Source of the DNA: Candidatus Nomurabacteria bacterium
GTDB lineage: Bacteria; Patescibacteriota; Minisyncoccia; Phycocordibacterales; UBA9973
Length of the DNA stretch: 64,000 bases
Assembly: GCA_026396015.1 (NCBI GenBank)
Contig: JAPLXP010000003.1
Coordinates: forward strand, 26,626 to 90,625
Direction of reading: 5' to 3'
The stretch's first letter is position 1. Every line of letters starts with the position of its first letter. Positions 25,937 to 34,102 of this stretch are shown here, in pieces. A program made the translations under genes and the position numbers. Under the pieces are notes generated by a model. The model was not told where the DNA came from and did not search any database. It worked only from the letters and a program-made list of their open reading frames with translations.

Positions 25937-26347
25937 ATTATGAAGAAATTTACTTCAAATACTCAAAAAATAGGGGAATTGGGTGAAGGTGTCGCCTGCA
26001 CGTTTTTCGAGAAACAGGGTTATTCTATATTGGAGCGTAATTATACAAAGAAGTGGGGAGAGATAGATATTATTGCTGAAAAGGGAAATATCCTTTATTT
26101 TATTGAGGTAAAGTCTAAATCTGTGTCAGATCTGGATTACGTTACACATGAAACCGGAAATAGCTTCTTTAGGCCTGAGGAGAATGTGCACATATGGAAG
26201 CGCAAGAGATTGGCACGTGTTATTCAGACATACCTAATTCACAACAGGATAGGGAATAGAGATTGGCAATTTGATATATTAGTGGTTTATCTGGATTTAG
26301 AGAACAGGAAGGCGAGAGTAAAGAGGATGGAGAATATAATACTTTAA
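25937..26347 (+). CDS. YraN/UPF0102-family endonuclease-like protein
   Basis: GELGEGVACTFFEKQGYSILERNYTKKWGEIDIIAEKGNILYFIEVKSK matches the UPF0102 (PD-(D/E)xK) core. Start at MKKF. Confidence 0.65.
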   Translation: MMKKFTSNTQKIGELGEGVACTFFEKQGYSILERNYTKKWGEIDIIAEKGNILYFIEVKSKSVSDLDYVTHETGNSFFRPEENVHIWKRKRLARVIQTYLIHNRIGNRDWQFDILVVYLDLENRKARVKRMENIIL

Positions 26348-26536
26348 GAGAAAGATAATCGGCTAAATTAGAGAATCGGATATGGGTGTTTTTATCTGGC
26401 CACAAATAATTTCTCGCCGCCGCTCAAAATTTTCGCGACCCCGCCTCGTGGTTTTGCATGCTTGCAAAACATCACTCCGGCTCACAAAAACGAGAAAGAG
26501 CACTTAAATAGTGCTCTTTCTTAATTCACGTTTTTG

Positions 26537-26607
26537 TGCGGGATAGGAGAATCGAACTCCTGTCTCATCCTTGGCAAGGACGTGTTCTACCACTAAACCA
26601 ATCCCGC
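26537..26607 (-). tRNA. tRNA-Gly (anticodon GCC)
   Basis: Minus-strand GCGGGATTGGTTTAGTGGTAGAACACGTCCTTGCCAAGGATGAGACAGGAGTTCGATTCTCCTATCCCGCA. Anticodon loop UUGCCAA. Confidence 0.7.
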
Positions 26608-26765
26608 ATATGCCTATTCTATTTTAAGCCTTATATTGCTACATGGCTTTGTTGACACGATAAACCACTAAACCAATCCCGCATATGCCTATTCCATTTT
26701 AAAGCCTTATATTACTATAATGGCTTTGTTGACACGATAAACCACTAAACCAATACTGCTTTAGA
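26590..26765. repeat. Tandem ~75-bp repeats (2+ copies), each a 5' fragment of tRNA-Gly(GCC) plus its upstream promoter-like region
   Basis: atgcctattc[t/c]attttaa(a)gccttatatt.cta...tggctttgttgacacgataaaccactaaaccaat repeated directly. Each copy ends in accactaaaccaat(cccgcat), which is the reverse complement of the tRNA 5' end. Confidence 0.6.
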
Positions 26766-26816
26766 AGCTATTATATACTATTTTTTTTATATTTTCAAAT
26801 ATAGTATGATTAGGGT

Positions 26817-27554
26817 ATGGAGAAACATCTGGAAGTTATAAAAAAATATGTAGAATCAAAAGAAGTGGAAGATCTTGCTTTGTGTGTTAAGAATCTAATT
26901 GAAAAGAATGGACAGGAGGCAGGTGAGGGTGCCAATGCTGATGTATTTCGATTAAACCATGAAACATTTGGTCAAATATGTATTAAAAGATCAAAGAAAA
27001 TGAGAAAATTTAAAATTATTGATGAAGAAAAGGAATTTGATACACAAGAAGAAATTTGGGAAAGAGGTGTGTCTTCTCCTAGGCCAATAATTCTAATTGA
27101 AGATAAGATTTCAAAAGATCGTTATATTGCTATGAAATTTATTGAAGGTTGCACTATCGGAGAGATCATGGAGGGTAAACAAGAACTACCTGAGACATAT
27201 GATCATGAAAAATTTTGGAAAAAAGTCGAATCAGATATTGGTTTGATGCATGATAAAGTTGGTAAATACAATAAATCTATTCACCATAGAGATCTACATC
27301 CTTATAATTTAATGATTGAAAGAGCTACGGGTATTCCTGTATTGATAGACTTCGGTTCTTCTGGCGAAGATTTTGGTGGTGGAGATGTATATAGAGAAGA
27401 TATTCTAATGCTGAATGAAGAAAAGGGGAATTATGAATTTAGAAAGAATTACCCTCTTAAAAATGATTTGATGCAGATGAATTCTATTAAAAAGGAAATG
27501 TTTCATAAATCATTGACAATTAGGTCGAAAAGTGATATAATACCAAAGAAATAA
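26817..27554 (+). CDS. Protein kinase-like (eukaryotic-type/RIO-Kdo-like) protein
   Basis: Catalytic-loop HRDLHPYNLMI and VLIDFGSSGE (DFG). ATP-binding region with lysine (ICIKRSKK). Confidence 0.6.
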   Translation: MEKHLEVIKKYVESKEVEDLALCVKNLIEKNGQEAGEGANADVFRLNHETFGQICIKRSKKMRKFKIIDEEKEFDTQEEIWERGVSSPRPIILIEDKISKDRYIAMKFIEGCTIGEIMEGKQELPETYDHEKFWKKVESDIGLMHDKVGKYNKSIHHRDLHPYNLMIERATGIPVLIDFGSSGEDFGGGDVYREDILMLNEEKGNYEFRKNYPLKNDLMQMNSIKKEMFHKSLTIRSKSDIIPKK

Positions 27555-27561
27555 AGAATAT

Positions 27562-27795
27562 ATGTTCATACTATCAAAATCATTGCGAAAGCAAATTATC
27601 GCAAGAGCAAAAGAGATCTTGGATTCACAAGAGCAGAAAGGGGATTCTTTGATAAGTGAATTCACTAAAACTAAGATTACTGTCTTAGAAAAGAATGATA
27701 CAAATATTCCAAGTGAATACCTTGTAATTATTAATGATATTACAGTAAACGAAGAACCAGCTCTGGTAAACAAAAAGATTTTTTTCGGAAATTAA
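27562..27795 (+). CDS. Hypothetical small protein
   Basis: 77-aa ORF followed by terminator hairpin gcggtccaa..ttggatcgc. No family recognised. Confidence 0.3.
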   Translation: MFILSKSLRKQIIARAKEILDSQEQKGDSLISEFTKTKITVLEKNDTNIPSEYLVIINDITVNEEPALVNKKIFFGN

Positions 27796-27835
27796 AAAAG
27801 GCGGTCCAATTTATTTTGGATCGCTCTTTTTTTTG

Positions 27836-27906
27836 TCGGGGTGCAGGGAATTGAACCCTGTTCTCACGGTCCCAAACCGCGTATACTACCGGTGTACTAC
27901 ACCCCG
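27836..27906 (-). tRNA. tRNA-Pro (anticodon UGG)
   Basis: Minus-strand CGGGGTGTAGTACACCGGTAGTATACGCGGTTTGGGACCGTGAGAACAGGGTTCAATTCCCTGCACCCCGA. Anticodon loop UUUGGGA. Confidence 0.75.
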
Positions 27907-28014
27907 AAACGTCTTTTCATATTAGCATATTTTAGATTAAACACAAATTTAGCAAGAAAAAACACCTTAGATAGAATAAGGTGTTTTTTCGTTTTTCATA
28001 TTTAAAAGCTTTGA

Positions 28015-28287
28015 TTACTTAACTGCGTCCTTTAGAGCCTTTGCTGCTCTGAACTTTGGAACTGTAGTTGCAGCAACCTTTACTTGTTCTCCAGTCTTTG
28101 GATTGCGAGCCATACGAGCTGCGCGAGCCTTAACTGAAAAGATTCCAAGACCTGCGATTGATACTTCGCCACCTTTTTTCAAAGTTGCAACGATTGCATC
28201 AAACATACCGTTCACTACTTCTTCTGCTTGTACTTTTGTACCGCCCAATTTTTCGTGAACCAATTCTACTAATGCTTGTTTATTCAT
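28015..28287 (-). CDS. hup: DNA-binding protein HU
   Basis: MNKQALVELVHEKLGGTKVQAEEVVNGMFDAIVATLKKGGEVSIAGLGIFSVKARAARMARNPKTGE matches HU/IHF. Start at the internal Met. Confidence 0.85.
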   Translation of the reverse strand: MNKQALVELVHEKLGGTKVQAEEVVNGMFDAIVATLKKGGEVSIAGLGIFSVKARAARMARNPKTGEQVKVAATTVPKFRAAKALKDAVK

Positions 28288-28663
28288 ATTTTTTGTAGCA
28301 CCTATTTTTACAAATAGGGGACTAGTTGAATAATATTCGACCGTTTGCAAACGATCCCTGATAAACAGGAGTAAAACCATTATACACCAATGCATTTTAA
28401 AAGGGAAATATTGACTTTTGATTTATAGGTGGTATATTGTAATTAAATTAATTTAAAATGAAAAAAAATAGAATTGAATTCTCGCCATTTACACTGAAAT
28501 TGTTCTCAATATTTAGAGCAATTTGGTTGATAATACTAGTATTTATAGTGAGACCTATCGCTTTTTTAGCCATAGATATTTCTAATTATTTAAAAAGTCT
28601 ACCTAAAAAAAATAAATTTTAATTTTAAAAAATTTCAAAAAACCCTTTAAAAATAAAAGAAAT

Positions 28664-28945
28664 ATGCCAAAAGGATTTAATCCACCCGCAAAACGCACGT
28701 GCAATTCCAAAAAAGCACCTGTGAAAAATGGTCTTGATTTGACCAACAAAAAATCTGAGAAAGAAAAAGCAAAAGACAAATTGACGAAAAGAGAAGAGAA
28801 GAAGAAGCAGAAATTAGTTACTCACTACAGAAATATCGGACTCGATAAAAATGGTAACGAGAAACCGAAAAAGATTAAGAGTGACAGTGGGGATATCCCT
28901 GTTGATATCAACGTGTTAAAGGTGCATGATTTTATCAAAGATTAA
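28664..28945 (+). CDS. Lysine-rich hypothetical small protein
   Basis: 93 aa, K/E-rich. No family recognised. Confidence 0.35.
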   Translation: MPKGFNPPAKRTCNSKKAPVKNGLDLTNKKSEKEKAKDKLTKREEKKKQKLVTHYRNIGLDKNGNEKPKKIKSDSGDIPVDINVLKVHDFIKD

Positions 28946-29044
28946 AATCTTACCTAAACAACAAAATGTTTTTATAAATAAATCTCGTAATAGAAATATT
29001 ACGAGATTTTATATTTCCTTGCTTTTTTTTGAGATTATGTTATT

Positions 29045-29435
29045 GTTAATCTTGTTCCGCAGCGAGTGAATGCTCTAAGATGTGAATGCATGGGGCTAAA
29101 CCCTTTAGGGTCGCCCGAACATGCGAAGCATGTTTTAGGGAGGAAAGTCCGAACACTCAGTGAATGAAAATTCATTAAACGTAGCAGGTAACGCCTGCCG
29201 TCGGCAACGATAGAGGTGCGAGCAGAGACGCCTGATGTCGAAAGACTAGGGTATCTAAAATTTATTTTAGATAAATCTTTATAGTGATATAGAGGGTGAA
29301 ACGGCTAAATCCTTACGCGAGTGCAAGATCGTGTCCGAGTTTTCTCGGAAGAATCGCTCGAGCTATATGGCGACATATGGCCCAGATAAATATTCACTTA
29401 GAAACAGAATTCGGCTTACGAATGCGAAATATATG
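29045..29435 (+). ncRNA. rnpB: RNase P RNA (bacterial type); ends approximate
   Basis: Universal P4 elements GGGAGGAAAGTCCGAAC and ACAGAATTCGGCTTA. AGGGTGAAACGGC matches the conserved AGGGUGAAA motif. Region is GC-enriched relative to flanks. Confidence 0.75.
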
Positions 29436-29564
29436 GAGATACACCAGACCAAAGCTGGTGTATTTTCACGTCTGGGTGTTATCGGAAAAAGGACGGTCCT
29501 TTGTTGGGCCCAAGGTCCGTCCTTGGGGAGAATAAATATTTTGTGATACAATCACTTGTAATAT

Positions 29565-29960
29565 ATGCATAAAAAAGTAACTAGGACATTCCTGCGAACT
29601 GACGAGACGATGGAAAAATATATGAGAATTTCATCTGAAAGAAAAGAACTCGGTCATAAAGTTGATCACTTTTTACGATGGCAAGAGAATTTAGTTAAAG
29701 AATTCGATAATTGGGTCATAGTGACCAATGAATTCCCCTATGATGCAGTGGCTAGTACTAGTCATATGATCGCTACAAAGAGGGAGGTGGGCTTTGATTG
29801 GGCATTACTGTCTACTGAAGAGCGTGAAGAATATGAATTGATAAAGAAGACATATCTAGCAGAACACTACGATGCTATCTGGGAGAATCTTCCACGAGGA
29901 TCTACCGTGGCTCATCACTTTCATGTGCATTTGATAGTACTGAAAAGAGAAGAGATCTAA
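29565..29960 (+). CDS. HIT-family (histidine triad) hydrolase-like protein
   Basis: C-terminal AHHFHVHLIVL fits the HxHxHxx histidine-triad motif. Size is appropriate. Confidence 0.45.
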   Translation: MHKKVTRTFLRTDETMEKYMRISSERKELGHKVDHFLRWQENLVKEFDNWVIVTNEFPYDAVASTSHMIATKREVGFDWALLSTEEREEYELIKKTYLAEHYDAIWENLPRGSTVAHHFHVHLIVLKREEI

Positions 29961-29972
29961 ATAAATACAAAA

Positions 29973-30000
29973 TGAGCGCGGCCTATGGCCGCGCTCATTT
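29973..30000. terminator. Bidirectional terminator hairpin between HIT-like gene and rny
   Basis: gagcgcggccataggccgcgctc followed by a T-run. Confidence 0.5.
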
Positions 30001-30016
30001 TGTATTTAGTGTTCTA

Positions 30017-31543
30017 TTATCTTGCGAATTCTACGACTCTGTTTTCTCGGATCATTGTTACTTTGATCTCTCCTGGGTAGGTGAGTTCTTGTTCGATTTT
30101 CTTTGCTATCTCACGAGCCATGTCTTTAGCTTGAACATCAGTTACTTTTTCTGGAGTTACAAATATTCGGATCTCACGGCCGGCTGCTAGGGCGTATGAC
30201 TTTTCTACTCCTGCAAATGTCTTGGTTAGAGCTTCGAGATCTTGTAGGCGTTTGATGTAGTTCTCTACACTGTCACGTCTTGCACCTGGGCGTCCACCTG
30301 AGATATGGTCAGCGGTCTGCACGATCACCGCTTCGATAGATTCATGTGGGCAATCATCGTGGTGAGACTTCATTGATGTGATGATTCGTGGGTCAGCACC
30401 GAATTTCTGGAGGATGCGGATACCGATGTCGATATGCGTACCTTGTACCTCGTGGTCTAGGGCCTTACCGATATCGTGTACCAATGCACCTGCCTTTGCT
30501 ATTTGGATATCTGCACCTAGCTCTTCAGCGAGCATTCCTGCGATGTGTGCCATCTCGATAGAGTGCTGGAGTACATTTTGTCCATAACTTGTTCGGAAGT
30601 AAAGTCTTCCTGCTATTGCTACTATACGTGGGTCAAGATTGAAGATTCCACATTCGTATACTGCCTGATCTCCCTTGTCTTTGATAATCTTGTTGATATC
30701 TTCTTGAGCCTTGGCTACTACCTCTTCGATCTTTGCTGGTTGGATACGGCCATCTAGTATAAGGTTTTCCAATGCTAGACGTGCTACTTGTCGGCGTACT
30801 GGATCAAATGAAGAGATTACTATCGCACCTGGAGTCTCGTCTATCACTAGCTCTACTCCGGCTGCTCGTTCGAATGCACGAATATTTCTACCTTCCTTAC
30901 CGATAATCTTTCCCTTGATCTCATCATTTGGGATATTTACAGAAGTCATCATCATCTCACTAGCAGTTGAAGCTGCAAGACGATTGATAGATGTAGATAG
31001 GATGTCTTTTGCACGACGATCCAGCTTTTCAGCATTAGTAGTCTCCATCTTTTGCATTCGTACTAGCAAATCTTCTTCATACTTTACTTCGATATTCTTC
31101 ATCAAGATCTCTCGAGCATCATCGGCGGATAGATGGGCGACTTTTTCAAGTTCTTTTTGCTTTTCTTCCTGCATGCCATCTACTCGCTCTTTGATCTTTT
31201 TTACCTCTTCAACCTTTGTCTTTATCTTTTCGACTTCACGATCAATCTCGCTTTGGCGGGAATCGAGCATTTCGTCTTTTTTGATAAGGCGCTGTTCTGT
31301 GGCTTTCCACTCTACCTCTTTTTTCTTTTCTTCTTTGTGAAGTTCGGCTGTCCGTTCCTCTGCCTTTTTCTTGGCTTCGTCGAGGACTTTTTGCGCGTCT
31401 TCTTTTGCGCCCATTAACATCTGCTTGATCTCAAGATCCATAGAACCTTTTTGACCAAGGGAGATGATTAGACGCAAATAATAACCAATACCTACTCCTC
31501 CTGCGAGGGCGGCGATTGCTATAATTATTGCGATTAAACTCAT
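30017..31543 (-). CDS. rny: Ribonuclease Y
   Basis: N-terminal TM helix, long coiled coil, KH domain (IGKEGRNIRAFERAAGVELVIDETPG) and HD domain (HSIEMAHIAGMLAEELGADIQIAKAGALVHDIGK). Confidence 0.9.
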   Translation of the reverse strand: MSLIAIIIAIAALAGGVGIGYYLRLIISLGQKGSMDLEIKQMLMGAKEDAQKVLDEAKKKAEERTAELHKEEKKKEVEWKATEQRLIKKDEMLDSRQSEIDREVEKIKTKVEEVKKIKERVDGMQEEKQKELEKVAHLSADDAREILMKNIEVKYEEDLLVRMQKMETTNAEKLDRRAKDILSTSINRLAASTASEMMMTSVNIPNDEIKGKIIGKEGRNIRAFERAAGVELVIDETPGAIVISSFDPVRRQVARLALENLILDGRIQPAKIEEVVAKAQEDINKIIKDKGDQAVYECGIFNLDPRIVAIAGRLYFRTSYGQNVLQHSIEMAHIAGMLAEELGADIQIAKAGALVHDIGKALDHEVQGTHIDIGIRILQKFGADPRIITSMKSHHDDCPHESIEAVIVQTADHISGGRPGARRDSVENYIKRLQDLEALTKTFAGVEKSYALAAGREIRIFVTPEKVTDVQAKDMAREIAKKIEQELTYPGEIKVTMIRENRVVEFAR

Positions 31544-31764
31544 AAATGTGACCGTGTCACATTAAAATACTACGCTTTAAAAGCGCTTTAGAATATAGGT
31601 ATTTTTATACAAACGAGGAATTATGGGAAAAATTTTGTTCATAGAAATAAATATCATTTTAGGAATTACCAGATAAACCGTACTTTAAATTAGACACCTT
31701 GCTAACTATTAAAATTCGATACATACATAGTACCGCAAAAGAGTATCTTTGTACAGAGGAGTTT

Positions 31765-32517
31765 TTATTTTGAAATTGGTAATGAGATGTAAAAAATAGT
31801 TCCATTGTTTGGGTCTTTTGACTGAAAATTTATTTTACCATAATGATGGTCAATGATATTTTTTGCTACATATAGCGAAAGTCCCATACCATCGGTGTTC
31901 ATTTTTACGGCCGCTGCGCTACGGTAGAATCTTTTAAATACATTTCTTTTGTCTTTCCATTTCATGCCAATACCAGAGTCTTCGATTGCTAACACAATAT
32001 TACTATCCTCCACTTTTGCCCCAATAGATATCGTACCTTCGGTCTGTGAGTACCGTATCGCATTTTCTAAAACCGCATGAATTGCAAAAGAAATCTTTTT
32101 TGTATCTACTGATAATAATGGTAGGGAATTTAGGGCTGATATTTGGAGATGAATTTTCTTTTCATTTATTGGGTTGTGATATTTAGCGATACCTTCCTCT
32201 ATAATCTCTCGCAGTGATACTGTCTTCATAAAATACAATGAACTATTGTTCACATCTTGTATTCCCGCAAGAGTGTCAACTATTTCTAGTAGGTGATTGG
32301 TTGTATTTGAAATATTTTTATTTATTTCTATTTGTTCTGTGCGGGGCAAATCAGGGTTCATATTGTCGGTCATCCACTTTATGCGAGTTAGTGGTGTGCG
32401 AAAAGTATGATTTACTATTGAAATAAAGGATTTTTCAATGATTTTACCGTCTATATGTGTTTTTATTGAATAAATAAATAATGCGATTAGCAGAATAAAT
32501 AAAATTGTTGTTTGCAT
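31765..32517 (-). CDS. Sensor histidine kinase (orphan, single TM)
   Basis: H-box NHTFRTPL. HATPase_c with DSGIGM and GMGLSLYVAKNII. No adjacent response regulator. Confidence 0.75.
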   Translation of the reverse strand: MQTTILFILLIALFIYSIKTHIDGKIIEKSFISIVNHTFRTPLTRIKWMTDNMNPDLPRTEQIEINKNISNTTNHLLEIVDTLAGIQDVNNSSLYFMKTVSLREIIEEGIAKYHNPINEKKIHLQISALNSLPLLSVDTKKISFAIHAVLENAIRYSQTEGTISIGAKVEDSNIVLAIEDSGIGMKWKDKRNVFKRFYRSAAAVKMNTDGMGLSLYVAKNIIDHHYGKINFQSKDPNNGTIFYISLPISK

Positions 32518-32524
32518 ATATTTA

Positions 32525-32558
32525 TTATAACAAAAAACCTCACGCTGTGTGAGGTTTT
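32525..32558 (-). terminator. Terminator downstream of clpP
   Basis: aaaaaacctcacgctgtgtgaggtttttttt. Confidence 0.5.
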
Positions 32559-32565
32559 TTTTATT

Positions 32566-33150
32566 CTACTTCTTTACTTTTGTGATTATCTGATCGATGA
32601 TACCGTATTTCTTTGCTTCGTCTGCAGACATCCAGTAGTCGCGGTCTGCATCCTTTTCTACTTCTTCAAATTTTTTACCAGTATTCTTTGCCAATATTTT
32701 ATTTAAAGTGTCTTTACTTCGCAAAATATGTTTTGCAGAGAGTGCGATATCACTGGCTTGACCTTCGGCACCTCCCATCACCTGATGTATCATAACTTCA
32801 GAATTCGGTAATGTGAATCGCTTGCCTTTTTCTCCTGCAGATAAGATCAGTGCACCCATAGATGCAGCTACTCCTACGCAGATTGTAGATACATCACTCT
32901 TGATAAAGTTCATCGTGTCGATGATAGCTAGCCCCGCAGTCACAGATCCGCCAGGGGAGTTGATATATAGGGAAATATCTTTTTTGTTGTCTGTATGCTC
33001 GAGATATAGCAGCTGGGCTATGACGAGATTGGCCATATGGTCATCGATACCACCGGCTAGGAAAATAATACGCTCATTTAAAAGGCGAGAGTATATATCA
33101 TATGCTCTTTCGCCATTTATTGTCTTTTCTATTACTGTAGGGATTAACAT
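32566..33150 (-). CDS. clpP: ATP-dependent Clp protease proteolytic subunit
   Basis: [18 protein letters not shown]...[11 protein letters not shown] (catalytic Ser) ...HQVMGG (His). Classic ClpP. Confidence 0.9.
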   Translation of the reverse strand: MLIPTVIEKTINGERAYDIYSRLLNERIIFLAGGIDDHMANLVIAQLLYLEHTDNKKDISLYINSPGGSVTAGLAIIDTMNFIKSDVSTICVGVAASMGALILSAGEKGKRFTLPNSEVMIHQVMGGAEGQASDIALSAKHILRSKDTLNKILAKNTGKKFEEVEKDADRDYWMSADEAKKYGIIDQIITKVKK

Positions 33151-33177
33151 AGTTTTGTATATAATTAAATTATTAAA

Positions 33178-33292
33178 GCGAATCTTAAAATTAGCTCTTC
33201 TCTAAATGCACGCATGATTTTCTGGTGAAAATCTGCTCTGCTCGGCTACCCGCCTGCGCAAGGCATTTCTCAAAGACTAGTTTTAAGATTCG
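33178..33292. ncRNA. Copy C of the three-copy structured-RNA-like element (shorter variant)
   Basis: Terminal helix gcgaatcttaaaattag / ctagttttaagattcgc (16/17, with one U-G if on + strand). Hairpin gattttcTGGTgaaaatc. Core ctgctctgctcg...cctgcgcaagg conserved, but the ~45-nt variable hairpin of A/B is replaced by a short segment. Lies 27 nt 5' of the clpP start. Confidence 0.45.
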
Positions 33293-33399
33293 CAAATTAC
33301 CTATATATCTTAACAAAATAAGGGGAATTTACCCCATTGACAAAAGGGGTATAAATATGATATAATATACACAAGAAAACAAATTAACTAAATACGGAT

Positions 33400-34011
33400 A
33401 TGAAAAATAAAAATGTTCTTTTAATCGTTATAGCTTTTGTTGCTATAACCTCAGCAATCTCTTGTAGTCCTTGTTGTTCTACCTGTGGATGTGCAGGTAC
33501 TGTAAGTCCACAGTATCCACAATCTGTCGTGCGTAAAACACACGAGAAAATTGTAGTTGGTGGTGCAACTTTTCATGATGGGTATTTATTTACCTGTCTA
33601 GTAAATGGATTTGGTGACGTGCGAGATATAAATGGTAATCACCCCATTCACATGCCGTGTACTGATCCGTTGATTAAACAAAGGTTAGACCCCAACCAGG
33701 GTGGTTGGAATTTTGCTTGCCAAGGTGCATGTCGCGTAGGTGGATCATGTGACGCTATCGTTTTAGTCTATGATGACGATGGCACCCTAGTAAATCATCC
33801 AGATTATCCAAAAACAGTTGGAAATTGGGTGTTAGATGAATTCCTTGGTGACGACCAACATTTTGTGAAGCTGATCGATAAAGCTAAACTACCGAAGGTA
33901 GATATAAGCTTTAATCTTCCAGTTAGCATTCAAAGTCTTAGGGAATTACAAAAGGATACTATTATTCCTTTTGAAGGACCGAAAGAAATCATTTTTACCT
34001 TTACTAAATAA
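33400..34011 (+). CDS. Cys-rich secreted/lipoprotein-like hypothetical protein
   Basis: Signal peptide then SCSPCCSTCGCAG. Multiple Cys throughout. Confidence 0.45.
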   Translation: MKNKNVLLIVIAFVAITSAISCSPCCSTCGCAGTVSPQYPQSVVRKTHEKIVVGGATFHDGYLFTCLVNGFGDVRDINGNHPIHMPCTDPLIKQRLDPNQGGWNFACQGACRVGGSCDAIVLVYDDDGTLVNHPDYPKTVGNWVLDEFLGDDQHFVKLIDKAKLPKVDISFNLPVSIQSLRELQKDTIIPFEGPKEIIFTFTK

Positions 34012-34029
34012 AAGTAATAGGTAATCAAA

Positions 34030-34060
34030 AGGCCAAAACATTTATGTTTTGGCCTTTTTT
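34030..34060 (+). terminator. Terminator hairpin
   Basis: aaaaggccaaaacatttatgttttggcctttttt. Confidence 0.5.
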
Positions 34061-34102
34061 ATTTTTGCTAATCACTAGAAACTAGCTACTAATCACTAAC
34101 CC

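Noticed and set aside
26400-26536. GC-rich segment (gccgccgctc...gcgaccccgcctcgtgg...ttgcatgcttgcaa) considered as SRP RNA, 6S or tmRNA fragment
   Set aside because: No conserved SRP domain-IV motif (GGAAGCAG) or tmRNA tag-reading frame was recognisable. It may still be structured, but I cannot assign it.
29296-29551. Three overlapping ORFs (29296..29535 +, 29331..29546 +, 29363..29551 -) of 62-79 aa
   Set aside because: They lie entirely over the RNase P RNA gene (GGGAGGAAAGTCCGAAC / ACAGAATTCGGCTTA). There is no RBS context and the composition is typical of structured RNA, not coding.
30711-31340. 209-aa + strand ORF inside rny
   Set aside because: It is antisense to the well-supported RNase Y gene and its composition is low-complexity S/R/I-rich.
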